This document shows, one piece after another, positions 25,401-38,600 of a DNA stretch of 64,000 nucleotides. The translations under genes were made by a program, and so were the position numbers. The stretch is from NCBI RefSeq assembly GCF_009914755.1, contig NC_060946.1. One strand, written 5' to 3'. Numbering within the stretch: position 1 is the first letter of the stretch; each line of letters begins with the position of its first letter. The notes beneath the pieces were generated by a model, which saw nothing but the letters and a program-made list of their open reading frames with translations, was not told where the DNA came from and searched no databases. The DNA is from the human T2T-CHM13v2.0 reference genome, Homo sapiens.

Positions 25401-28260
25401 CAAACCTACTCTGTGAAAGGGAATATTCAACTCTGTGACTTGAATGCACATATCACAAAGAAGTTTCTGAGAATGCTTCTGTCGAGATTTTATATGAAGA
25501 TATTCCCGTTTCCAACGAAATCCTGAAATCTATCCAAATATCCCCTCGCAGATTCTACAAAAAGAGTGTTTCAAAACTGCTCTGTAAAAAGAAAGGTTCA
25601 ACTCTGTTAGTTGAGTACACACATCACAAACAAGTTTCACAGAATGCTTCTTTCTAGCTTGTAGGGGAAGATATTCCCTTTATCACCATGGGCCTCCAAC
25701 CGTCCGAAACATCCACTTCCATATACTACAAAAAGAGCGTTTCAAACCTGCTCTATGAAAGGCAATGTTCAACTCTGTGACTTGAATGCAGACATCACAG
25801 AGCAGTTTCTGAGAATGCTTCTGTCTAGATTTTATAGGAAGATATTCTCGTTTCCAACGAAATCTTCACAGCTATCCAAATATCCACTTGCAGATTCTAC
25901 AAAAAGAGTGTATCAAAACTGCTCTGTGAAAAGGAAGGTTCTTCTCTGTTAGGTGAGTGCATACGTCATAAAGGAGTTTCTGAGAATGTTTCTGTCTAGT
26001 GGTTATGGGAAGATATTTGCTTTTTCACCGAAGGCCTCAGAGCGCTCCAAATATCCACTTGCACATACTACAAAATGAGTGCCTCAAAGCTGCTCTCTGA
26101 AACGGAATGTTCAACTCTATGAGTTGAATGCAAACATCACAAAGACGTTTCCGAGAATGCTTCTGTCTAGATTTGATATGAAGATATTCCCGTTTCCAAC
26201 GAAATCTTCAAATCTATCCAAATGTCCACTTGCAGATTCAACAAAAAGTGTTTTTCAGAACTGCTCTATCAAAAGAAAGATCCATCTCTGTTAGCTGAGT
26301 ACACACATCACAAACAAGTTTATGAGAATGCTTCTGTCTAGTTTTTATTTGAAGATATTTCCTTTCTCACCATAGAGCTGAAAGCTGTCCTAATGTTCAC
26401 TTCCAGATACTACAGAAAGAGTGTTTCAAAACTGCTGTACGAAAGGGAATGTTCAACTCTGTGACTTGAATGCACACATCACAAAGAAGTTTCTGAGGAT
26501 GCTGCTGTCTACTTTTTATACGTAATCCCGTTTCCAACGAAATCCTCCAAGCTATCCAAATATCCACTTGCAGATTCCACAGAAAGACTGTTTCAAAACT
26601 GCTCTGTCAATAGAAAGGTTCAACTCTGTTAACTGCGTGCATATATCCCAAAGAAGATTCTGAGATTGCTTCTGTCTAGTTTTTATGGGAAGATATTTCC
26701 CTTTTCACCGTAGGCGTCAAGGCGCTCCAAATGTCCACTTCCAGATACTACAAAAAGAGTGTTTCAAACCTACTCTGTGAAAGGGAATATTCAACTCTGT
26801 GACTTGAATGCACATATCACAAAGAAGTTTCTGAGAATGCTTCTGTCGAGATTTTATATGAAGATATTCCCGTTTCCAACGAAATCCTGAAATCTATCCA
26901 AATATCCCCTCGCAGATTCTACAAAAAGAGTGTTTCAAAACTGCTCTGTAAAAAGAAAGGTTCAACTCTGTTAGTTGAGTACACACATCACAAACAAGTT
27001 TCACAGAATGCTTCTTTCTAGCTTGTAGGGGAAGATATTCCCTTTATCACCATGGGCCTCCAACCGTCCGAAACATCCACTTCCATATACTAGAAAAAGA
27101 GCGTTTCAAACCTGCTCTATGAAAGGCAATGTTCAACTCTGTGACTTGAATGCAGACATCACAGAGCAGTTTCTGAGAATGCTTCTGTCTAGATTTTATA
27201 GGAAGATATTCCCGTTTCCAACGAAATCTTCACAGCTATCCCAATATCCACTTGCAGATTCTACAAAAAGAGTGTATCAAAACTGCTCTGTCAAAAGGAA
27301 GGTTCTTCTCTGTTAGGTGAGTGCATACGTCATAAAGCAGTTTCTGAGAATGTTTCTATCTAGTGGTTATGGGAAGATATTTGCTTTTTCACAGAAGGCC
27401 TCAGAGCGCTCCAAATATCCACTTGCACATACTACAAAAAGAGTGCCTCAAAGCTGCTCTCTGAAACGGAATGTTCAACTTTATGAGTTGAATGCAAACA
27501 TCACAAAGACGTTTCCGAGAATGCTTCTGTCTAGATTTGATATGAAGATATTCCCGTTTCCAACGAAATCTTCAAATCTATCCAAATGTCCACTTGCAGA
27601 TTCAACAAAAAGTGTTTTTCAGATCTGCTCTATCAAAAGAAAGATCCATCTCTGTTAGCTGAGTTCACACATCACAAACAAGTTTATGAGAATGCTTCTG
27701 TCTAGTTTTTATTTGAAGATATTTCCTTTCTCACCATAGAGCTGAAAGCTGTCCTAATGTTCACTTCCAGATACTACAGAAAGAGTGTTTCAAAACTGCT
27801 GTACGAAAGGGAATGTTCAACTCTGTGACTTGAATGCACACATCACAAAGAAGTTTCTGAGGATGCTGCTGTCTACTTTTTATACGTAATCCCGTTTCCA
27901 ACGAAATCCTCCAAGCTATCCAAATATCCACTTGGAGATTCCACAGAAAGACTGTTTCAAAACTGCTCTGTCAATAGAAAGGTTCAACTCTGTTAACTGC
28001 GTGCATATATCCCAAAGAAGATTCTGAGATTGCTTCTGTCTAGTTTTTATGGGAAGATATTTCCCTTTTCACCGTAGGCGTCAAGGCGCTCCAAATGTCC
28101 ACTTCCAGATACTACAAAAAGAGTGTTTCAAACCTACTCTGTGAAAGGGAATATTCAACTCTGTGACTTGAATGCACATATCACAAAGAAGTTTCTGAGA
28201 ATGCTTCTGTCGAGATTTTATATGAAGATATTCCCGTTTCCAACGAAATCCTGAAATCTA
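22500..28260. repeat. Tandem duplication of a 2-HOR block, period 2728 bp (outer bounds given)
   Basis: Shared rare variants: attctcg 23120/25848, gagtacacac ~23572/26300, actagaaaaa ~24364/27092, cacttggag ~25207/27935. ORFs pair 23027/25755 and 24589/27317. Confidence 0.9.
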
Positions 28261-28806
28261 TCTAAATATCCCCTCGCAGATTCTACAAAAAGAGTGTTTC
28301 AAAACTGCTCTGTAAAAAGAAAGGTTCAACTCTGTTAGTTGAGTACACACTTCACAAACAAGTTTCACAGAATGCTTCTTTCTAGCTTGTAGGGGAAGAT
28401 ATTCCCTTTATCACCATGGGCCTCCAACCGTCCGAAACATCCACTTCCATATACTACAAAAAGAGCGTTTCAAACCTGCTCTATGAAAGGCAATGTTCAA
28501 CTCTGTGACTTGAATGCAGACATCACAGAGCAGTTTCTGAGAATGCTTCTGTCTAGATTTTATAGGAAGATATTCCCGTTTCCAACGAAATCTTCACAGC
28601 TATCCAAATATCCACTTGCAGATTCTACAAAAAGAGTGTATCAAAACTGCTCTGTCAAAAGGAAGGTTCTTCTCTGTTAGGTGAGTGCATACGTCATAAA
28701 GGAGTTTCTGAGAATGTTTCTGTCTAGTGGTTATGGGAAGATATTTGCTTTTTCACCGTAGGCCTCAGAGCGCTCCAAATATCCACTTGCACATACTACA
28801 AAAAGA

Positions 28807-30850
28807 GTGCCTCAAAGCTGCTCTCTGAAACGGAATGTTCAACTCTATGAGTTGAATGCAAACATCGCAAAGACGTTTCTGAGAATGCTTCTGTCTAGAT
28901 TTGATATGAAGATATTCCCGTTTCCAACGAAATCTTCAAATCTATCCAAATGTCCACTTGCAGATTCAACAAAAAGTGTTTTTCAGAACTGCTCTATCAA
29001 AAGAAAGATCCACCTCTGTTAGCTGAGTTCACACATCACAAACAAGTTTATGAGAATGCTTCTGTCTAGTTTTTATTTGAAGATATTTCCTTTCTCACCA
29101 TAGACCTGAAAGCTGTCCTAATGTTCACTTCCAGATACTACAGAAAGAGTGTTTCAAAACTGCTGTACGAAAGGGAATGTTCAACTCTGTGACTTGAATG
29201 CACACATCACAAAGAAGTTTCTGAGGATGCTGCTGTCTACTTTTTATACGTAATCCCGTTTCCAACGAAATCCTCCAAGCTATCCAAATATCCACTTGCA
29301 GATTCCACAGAAAGACTGTTTCAAAACTGCTCTGTCAATAGAAAGGTTCAACTCTGTTAGCTGCGTGCATATATCCCAAAGAAGATTCTGAGATTGCTTC
29401 TGTCTAGTTTTTATGGGAAGATATTTCCCTTTTCACTGTAGGCGTCAAGGCGCTCCAAATGTCCACTTCCAGATACTACAAAAAGAGTGTTTCAAACCCA
29501 CTCTGTGAAAGGGAATATTCAACTCTGTGACTTGAATGCAGATATCACAAAGAAGTTTCTGAGAATGCTTCTGTCTAGATTTTATAGGAAGATATTCCCG
29601 TTTCCAACGAAATCTTCACAGCTATCCAAATATCCACTTGCAGATTCTACAAAAAGAGTGTATCAAAACTGCTCTGTCAAAAGGAAGGTTCTTCTCTGTT
29701 AGGTGAGTGCATACGTCATAAAGGAGTTTCTGAGAATGTTTCTGTCTAGTGGTTATGGGAAGATATTTGCTTTTTCACCGTAGGCCTCAGAGCTCTCCAA
29801 ATATCCACTTGCACATACTACAAAAAGTGTGCCTCAAAGCTGCTCTCTGAAACGGAATGTTCAACTCTATGAGTTGAATGCAAACATCACAAAGACGTTT
29901 CTGAGAATGCTTCTGTCTAGATTTGATATGAAGATATTCCCGTTTCCAACGAAATCTTCAAATCTATCGAAATGTCCACTTGCAGATTCAACAAAAAGTG
30001 TTTTTCAGAACTGCTCTATCAAAAGAAAGATCCACCTCTGTTAGCTGAGTTCACACATCACAAACAAGTTTATGAGAATGCTTCTGTCTAGTTTTTATTT
30101 GAAGATATTTCCTTTCTCACCATAGACCTGAAAGCTGTCCTAATGTTCACTTCCAGATACTACAGAAAGAGTGTTTCAAAACTGCTGTACGAAAGGGAAT
30201 GTTCAACTCTGTGACTTGAATGCACACATCACAAAGAATTTTCTGAGGATGCTGCTGTCTACTTTTTATACGTAATCCCGTTTCCAACGAAATCCTCCAA
30301 GCTATCCAAATATCCACTTGCAGATTCCACAGAAAGAGTGTTTCAAAACTGCTCTGTCAATAGAAAGGTTCAACTCTGTTAGCTGCGTGCATATATCCCA
30401 AAGAAGATTCTGAGATTGCTTCTGTCTAGTTTTTATGGGAAGATATTTCCCTTTTCACTGTAGGCGTCAAGGCGCTCCAAATGTCCACTTCCAGATACTA
30501 CAAAAAGAGTGTTTCAAACCTACTCTGTGAAAGGGAATATTCAACTCTGTGACTTGAATGCAGATATCACAAAGAAGTTTCTGAGAATGCTTCTGTCTAG
30601 ATTTTATAGGAAGATATTCCCGTTTCCAACGAAATCTTCACAGCTATCCAAATATCCACTTGCAGATTCTACAAAAAGAGTGTATCAAAACTGCTCTGTC
30701 AAAAGGAAGGTTCTTCTCTGTTAGGTGAGTGCATACTTCATAAAGGAGTTTCTGAGAATGTTTCTGTCTAGTGGTTATGGGAAGATATTTGCTTTTTCAC
30801 CGTAGGCCTCAGAGCGCTCCAAATATCCACTTGCACATACTACAAAAAGT
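28807..30850 (-). repeat. Two consecutive 6-mer HOR variants (1022 bp each; one 342-bp dimer deleted)
   Basis: Ruler spacing 28807-29829-30851. The hybrid monomer reads gatatcacaaagaagtttctgagaatgcttctgtctagattttatagg, and the ccatgggcctcaaaccgtccg-containing dimer is absent. Confidence 0.95.
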
Positions 30851-33578
30851 GTGCCTCAAAACTGCTCTCTGAAACGGAATGTTCAACTCTATGAGTTGAA
30901 TGCAAACATCACAAAGACGTTTCTGAAAATGCTTCTATCTAGATTTGATATGAAGATATTCCCGTTTCCAACGAAATCTTCAAATCTATCGAAATGTCCA
31001 CTTGCAGATTCAACAAAAAGTGTTTTTCAGAACTGCTCTATCAAAAGAAAGATCCACCTCTGTTAGCTGAGTTCACACATCACAAACAAGTTTATGAGAA
31101 TGCTTCTGTCTAGTTTTTATTTGAAGATATTTCCTTTCTCACCATAGACCTGAAAGCTGTCCTAATGTTCACTTCCAGATACTACAGAAAGAGTGTTTCA
31201 AAACTGCTGTACGAAAGGGAATGTTCAACTCTGTGACTTGAATGCACACATCACAAAGAAGTTTCTGAGGATGCTGCTGTCTACTTTTTATACATAATCC
31301 CGTTTCCAACGAAATCCTCCAAGCTATCCAAATATCCATTTGCAGATTCCACAGAAAGACTGTTTCAAAACTGCTCTGTCAATAGAAAGGTTCAACTCTG
31401 TTAGCTGCGTGCATATATCCCAAAGAAGATTCTGAGATTGCTTCTGTCTAGTTTTTATGGGAAGATATTTCCCTTTTCACCGTAGGCGTCAAGGCGCTCC
31501 AAATGTCCACTTCCAGATACTACAAAAAGAGTGTTTCAAACCTACTCTGTGAAAGGGAATATTCAACTCTGTGACTTGAATGCAGATATCACAAAGAAGT
31601 TTCTGAGAATGCTTCTGTCGAGATTTTATATGAAGATATTCCCGTTTCCAACGAAATCCTGAAATCTCTCCAAATATCCCCTCGCAGATTCTACAAAAAG
31701 AGTGTTTCAAAACTGCTCTGTAAAAAGAAAGGTTCAACTCTGTTAGTTGAGTACACACATCACAAACAAGTTTCACAGAATGCTTCTTTCTAGCTTGTAG
31801 GGGAAGATATTCCCTTTATCACCATGGTCCTCAAACCGTCCGAAACGTCCACTTCCATATACTACAAAAAGAGCGTTTCTAAACTGCTCTAGGAAAGGCA
31901 ATGTTCAACTCTGTGACTTGAATGCAGACATCACAGAGCAGTTTCTGAGAATGCTTCTGTCTAGATTTTATAGGAAGATATTCCCGTTTCCAACGAAATC
32001 TTCACAGCTACCCCAATATCCACTTGCAGATTCTACAAAAAGAGTGTATCAAAACTGCTCTGTCAAAAGGAAGGTTCTTCTCTGTTAGGTGAGTGCATAC
32101 GTCATAAAGGAGTTTCTGAGAATGTTTCTGTCTAGTGGTTATGGGAAGATATTTGCTTTTTCACCGTAGGCCTCAGAGCGCTCCAAATATCCACTTGCAC
32201 ATACTACAAAAAGAGTGCCTCAAAGCTGCTCTCTGAAACGGAATGTTCAACTCTATGAGTTGAATGCAAACATCGCAAAGACGTTTCTGAGAATGCTTCT
32301 GTCTAGATTTGATATGAAGATATTCCCGTTTCCAACGAAATCTTCAAATCTATCCAAATGTCCACTTGCAGATTCAACAAAAAGTGTTTTTCAGAACTGC
32401 TCTATCAAAAGAAAGATCCACCTCTGTTAGCTGAGTTCACACATCAGAAACAAGTTTATGAGAATGCTTCTGTCTAGTTTTTATTTGAAGATATTTCCTT
32501 TCTCACCATAGACCTGAAAGCTGTCCTAATGTTCACTTCCAGATACTACAGAAAGAGTGTTTCAACACTGCTGTACGAAAGGGAATGTTCAACTCTGTGA
32601 CTTGAATGCACACATCACAAAGAAGATTCTGAGGATGCTGCTGTCTACTTTTTATACGTAATCCCGTTTCCAACGAAATCCTCCAAGCTATCCAAATATC
32701 CACTTGCAGATTCCACAGAAAGACTGTTTCAAAACTGCTCTGTCAATAGAAAGGTTCAACTCTGTTAGCTGTGTGCATATATCCCAAAGAAGATTCTGAG
32801 ATTGCTTCTGTCTAGTTTTTATGGGAAGATATTTCCCTTTTCACCGTAGGCGTCAAGGCGCTCCAAATGTCCACTTCCAGATACTACAAAAAGAGTGTTT
32901 CAAACCTACTCTGTGAAAGGGAATATTCAACTCGGTGACTTGAATGGAGATATCACAAAGAAGTTTCTGAGAATGCTTCTGTCGAGATTTTATATGAAGA
33001 TATTCCCGTTTCCAACGAAATCCTGAAATCTATCCAAATATCCCCTCGCAGATTCTACAAAAAGAGTGTTTCAAAACTGCTCTGTAAAAAGAAAGGTTCA
33101 ACTCTGTTAGTTGAGTACACACTTCACAAACAAGTTTCACAGAATGCTTCTTTCTAGCTTGTAGGGGAAGATATTCCCTTTATCACCATGGGCCTCCAAC
33201 CGTCCGAAACATCCACTTCCATATACTACAAAAAGAGCGTTTCAAACCTGCTCTATGAAAGGCAATGTTCAACTCTGTGACTTGAATGCAGACATCACAG
33301 AGCAGTTTCTGAGAATGCTTCTGTCTAGATTTTATAGGAAGATATTCCCGTTTCCAACGAAATCTTCACAGCTATCCAAATATCCACTTGCAGATTCTAC
33401 AAAAAGAGTGTATCAAAACTGCTCTGTCAAAAGGAAGGTTCTTCTCTGTTAGGTGAGTGCATACGTCATAAAGGAGTTTCTGAGAATGTTTCTGTCTAGT
33501 GGTTATGGGAAGATATTTGCTTTTTCACCGTAGGCCTCAGAGCGCTCCAAATATCCACTTGCACATACTACAAAAAGA

Positions 33579-35622
33579 GTGCCTCAAAGCTGCTCTCTGA
33601 AACGGAATGTTCAACTCTATGAGTTGAATGCAAACATCGCAAAGACGTTTCTGAGAATGCTTCTGTCTAGATTTGATATGAAGATATTCCCGTTTCCAAC
33701 GAAATCTTCAAATCTATCCAAATGTCCACTTGCAGATTCAACAAAAAGTGTTTTTCAGAACTGCTCTATCAAAAGAAAGATCCACCTCTGTTAGCTGAGT
33801 TCACACATCACAAACAAGTTTATGAGAATGCTTCTGTCTAGTTTTTATTTGAAGATATTTCCTTTCTCACCATAGACCTGAAAGCTGTCCTAATGTTCAC
33901 TTCCAGATACTACAGAAAGAGTGTTTCAAAACTGCTGTACGAAAGGGAATGTTCAACTCTGTGACTTGAATGCACACATCACAAAGAAGTTTCTGAGGAT
34001 GCTGCTGTCTACTTTTTATACGTAATCCCGTTTCCAACGAAATCCTCCAAGCTATCCAAATATCCACTTGCAGATTCCACAGAAAGACTGTTTCAAAACT
34101 GCTCTGTCAATAGAAAGGTTCAACTCTGTTAGCTGCGTGCATATATCCCAAAGAAGATTCTGAGATTGCTTCTGTCTAGTTTTTATGGGAAGATATTTCC
34201 CTTTTCACTGTAGGCGTCAAGGCGCTCCAAATGTCCACTTCCAGATACTACAAAAAGAGTGTTTCAAACCCACTCTGTGAAAGGGAATATTCAACTCTGT
34301 GACTTGAATGCAGATATCACAAAGAAGTTTCTGAGAATGCTTCTGTCTAGATTTTATAGGAAGATATTCCCGTTTCCAACGAAATCTTCACAGCTATCCA
34401 AATATCCACTTGCAGATTCTACAAAAAGAGTGTATCAAAACTGCTCTGTCAAAAGGAAGGTTCTTCTCTGTTAGGTGAGTGCATACGTCATAAAGGAGTT
34501 TCTGAGAATGTTTCTGTCTAGTGGTTATGGGAAGATATTTGCTTTTTCACCGTAGGCCTCAGAGCTCTCCAAATATCCACTTGCACATACTACAAAAAGT
34601 GTGCCTCAAAGCTGCTCTCTGAAACGGAATGTTCAACTCTATGAGTTGAATGCAAACATCACAAAGACGTTTCTGAGAATGCTTCTGTCTAGATTTGATA
34701 TGAAGATATTCCCGTTTCCAACGAAATCTTCAAATCTATCGAAATGTCCACTTGCAGATTCAACAAAAAGTGTTTTTCAGAACTGCTCTATCAAAAGAAA
34801 GATCCACCTCTGTTAGCTGAGTTCACACATCACAAACAAGTTTATGAGAATGCTTCTGTCTAGTTTTTATTTGAAGATATTTCCTTTCTCACCATAGACC
34901 TGAAAGCTGTCCTAATGTTCACTTCCAGATACTACAGAAAGAGTGTTTCAAAACTGCTGTACGAAAGGGAATGTTCAACTCTGTGACTTGAATGCACACA
35001 TCACAAAGAATTTTCTGAGGATGCTGCTGTCTACTTTTTATACGTAATCCCGTTTCCAACGAAATCCTCCAAGCTATCCAAATATCCACTTGCAGATTCC
35101 ACAGAAAGAGTGTTTCAAAACTGCTCTGTCAATAGAAAGGTTCAACTCTGTTAGCTGCGTGCATATATCCCAAAGAAGATTCTGAGATTGCTTCTGTCTA
35201 GTTTTTATGGGAAGATATTTCCCTTTTCACTGTAGGCGTCAAGGCGCTCCAAATGTCCACTTCCAGATACTACAAAAAGAGTGTTTCAAACCTACTCTGT
35301 GAAAGGGAATATTCAACTCTGTGACTTGAATGCAGATATCACAAAGAAGTTTCTGAGAATGCTTCTGTCTAGATTTTATAGGAAGATATTCCCGTTTCCA
35401 ACGAAATCTTCACAGCTATCCAAATATCCACTTGCAGATTCTACAAAAAGAGTGTATCAAAACTGCTCTGTCAAAAGGAAGGTTCTTCTCTGTTAGGTGA
35501 GTGCATACTTCATAAAGGAGTTTCTGAGAATGTTTCTGTCTAGTGGTTATGGGAAGATATTTGCTTTTTCACCGTAGGCCTCAGAGCGCTCCAAATATCC
35601 ACTTGCACATACTACAAAAAGT
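33579..35622 (-). repeat. Two consecutive 6-mer HOR variants
   Basis: Ruler spacing 33579-34601-35623 (1022 bp); same hybrid junction. Confidence 0.95.
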
Positions 35623-38600
35623 GTGCCTCAAAACTGCTCTCTGAAACGGAATGTTCAACTCTATGAGTTGAATGCAAACATCACAAAGACGTTTCTGAAA
35701 ATGCTTCTATCTAGATTTGATATGAAGATATTCCCGTTTCCAACGAAATCTTCAAATCTATCGAAATGTCCACTTGCAGATTCAACAAAAAGTGTTTTTC
35801 AGAACTGCTCTATCAAAAGAAAGATCCACCTCTGTTAGCTGAGTTCACACATCACAAACAAGTTTATGAGAATGCTTCTGTCTAGTTTTTATTTGAAGAT
35901 ATTTCCTTTCTCACCATAGACCTGAAAGCTGTCCTAATGTTCACTTCCAGATACTACAGAAAGAGTGTTTCAAAACTGCTGTACGAAAGGGAATGTTCAA
36001 CTCTGTGACTTGAATGCACACATCACAAAGAAGTTTCTGAGGATGCTGCTGTCTACTTTTTATACATAATCCCGTTTCCAACGAAATCCTCCAAGCTATC
36101 CAAATATCCATTTGCAGATTCCACAGAAAGACTGTTTCAAAACTGCTCTGTCAATAGAAAGGTTCAACTCTGTTAGCTGCGTGCATATATCCCAAAGAAG
36201 ATTCTGAGATTGCTTCTGTCTAGTTTTTATGGGAAGATATTTACCTTTTCACCGTAGGCGTCAAGGCGCTCCAAATGTCCACTTCCAGATACTACAAAAA
36301 GAGTGTTTCAAACCTACTCTGTGAAAGGGAATATTCAACTCTGTGACTTGAATGCAGATATCACAAAGAAGTTTCTGAGAATGCTTCTGTCGAGATTTTA
36401 TATGAAGATATTCCCGTTTCCAACGAAATCCTGAAATCTCTCCAAATATCCCCTCGCAGATTCTACAAAAAGAGTGTTTCAAAACTGCTCTGTAAAAAGA
36501 AAGGTTCAACTCTGTTAGTTGAGTACACACATCACAAACAAGTTTCACAGAATGCTTCTTTCTAGCTTGTAGGGGAAGATATTCCCTTTATCACCATGGT
36601 CCTCAAACCGTCCGAAACGTCCACTTCCATATACTACAAAAAGAGCGTTTCTAAACAGCTCTAGGAAAGGCAATGTTCAACTCTGTGACTTGAATGCAGA
36701 CATCACAGAGCAGTTTCTGAGAATGCTTCTGTCTAGATTTTATAGGAAGATATTCCCGTTTCCAACGAAATCTTCACAGCTACCCCAATATCCACTTGCA
36801 GATTCTACAAAAAGAGTGTATCAAAACTGCTCTGTCAAAAGGAAGGTTCTTCTCTGTTAGGTGAGTGCATACGTCATAAAGGAGTTTCTGAGAATGTTTC
36901 TGTCTAGTGGTTATGGGAAGATATTTGCTTTTTCACCGTAGGCCTCAGAGCGCTCCAAATATCCACTTGCACATACTACAAAAAGAGTGCCTCAAAGCTG
37001 CTCTCTGAAACGGAATGTTCAACTCTATGAGTTGAATGCAAACATCGCAAAGACGTTTCTGAGAATGCTTCTGTCTAGATTTGATATGAAGATATTCCCG
37101 TTTCCAACGAAATCTTCAAATCTATCCAAATGTCCACTTGCAGATTCAACAAAAAGTGTTTTTCAGAACTGCTCTATCAAAAGAAAGATCCACCTCTGTT
37201 AGCTGAGTTCACACATCAGAAACAAGTTTATGAGAATGTTTCTGTCTAGTTTTTATTTGAAGATATTTCCTTTCTCACCATAGACCTGAAAGCTGTCCTA
37301 ATGTTCACTTCCAGATACTACAGAAAGAGTGTTTCAACACTGCTGTACGAAAGGGAATGTTCAACTCTGTGACTTGAATGCACACATCACAAAGAAGATT
37401 CTGAGGATGCTGCTGTCTACTTTTTATACGTAATCCCGTTTCCAACGAAATCCTCCAAGCTATCCAAATATCCACTTGCAGATTCCACAGAAAGACTGTT
37501 TCAAAACTGCTCTGTCAATAGAAAGGTTCAACTCTGTTAGCTGCGTGCATATATCCCAAAGAAGATTCTGAGATTGCTTCTGTCTAGTTTTTATGGGAAG
37601 ATATTTCCCTTTTCACCGTAGGCGTCAAGGCGCTCCAAATGTCCACTTCCAGATACTACAAAAAGAGTGTTTCAAACCTACTCTGTGAAAGGGAATATTC
37701 AACTCGGTGACTTGAATGGAGATATCACAAAGAAGTTTCTGAGAATGCTTCTGTCGAGATTTTATATGAAGATATTCCCGTTTCCAACGAAATCCTGAAA
37801 TCTATCCAAATATCCCCTCGCAGATTCTACAAAAAGAGTGTTTCAAAACTGCTCTGTAAAAAGAAAGGTTCAACTCTGTTAGTTGAGTACACACATCACA
37901 AACAAGTTTCACAGAATGCTTCTTTCTAGCTTGTAGGGGAAGATATTCCCTTTATCACCATGGGCCTCAAACCGTCCGAAACGTCCACTTCCATATACTA
38001 CAAAAAGAGCGTTTCAAACCTGCTCTAGGAAAGGCAATGTTCAACTCTGTGACTTGAATGCAGACATCACAGAGCAGTTTCTGAGAATGCTTCTGTCTAG
38101 ATTTTATAGGAAGATATTCCCGTTTCCAACGAAATCTTCACAGCTATCCCAATATCCTCCTGCAGATTCTACAAAAAGAGTGTATCAAAACTGCTCTGTC
38201 AAAAGGAAGGTTCTTCTCTGTTAGGTGAGTGCATACGTCATAAAGGAGTTTCTGAGAATGTTTCTGTCTAGTGGTTATGGGAAGATATTTGCTTTTTCAC
38301 CGAAGGCCTCAGAGCGCTCCAAATATCCACTTGCACATACTACAAAAAGAGTGCCTCAAAGCTGCTCTCTGAAACGGAATGTTCAACTCTATGAGTTGAA
38401 TGCAAACATCACAAAGACGTTTCCGAGAATGCTTCTGCCTAGATTTGATATGAAGATATTCCCGTTTCCAACGAAATCTTCAAATCTATCCAAATGTCCA
38501 CTTGCAGATTCAACAAAAAGTGTTTTTCAGAACTGCTCTATCAAAAGAAAGATCCATCTCTGTAAGCTGAGTTCACACATCACAAACAAGTTTATGAGAA

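Larger units (their letters stand above)
28300..37845. repeat. Tandem duplication of a 6+6+8+8-mer block, period 4772 bp
   Basis: ORF starts pair 28807/33579, 29487/34259, 29829/34601, 30851/35623 and 32215/36987. Private variants are shared (aaacccactc, aagaattttc, ccatggtcc, ctcggtgacttgaatgga). Confidence 0.93.
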
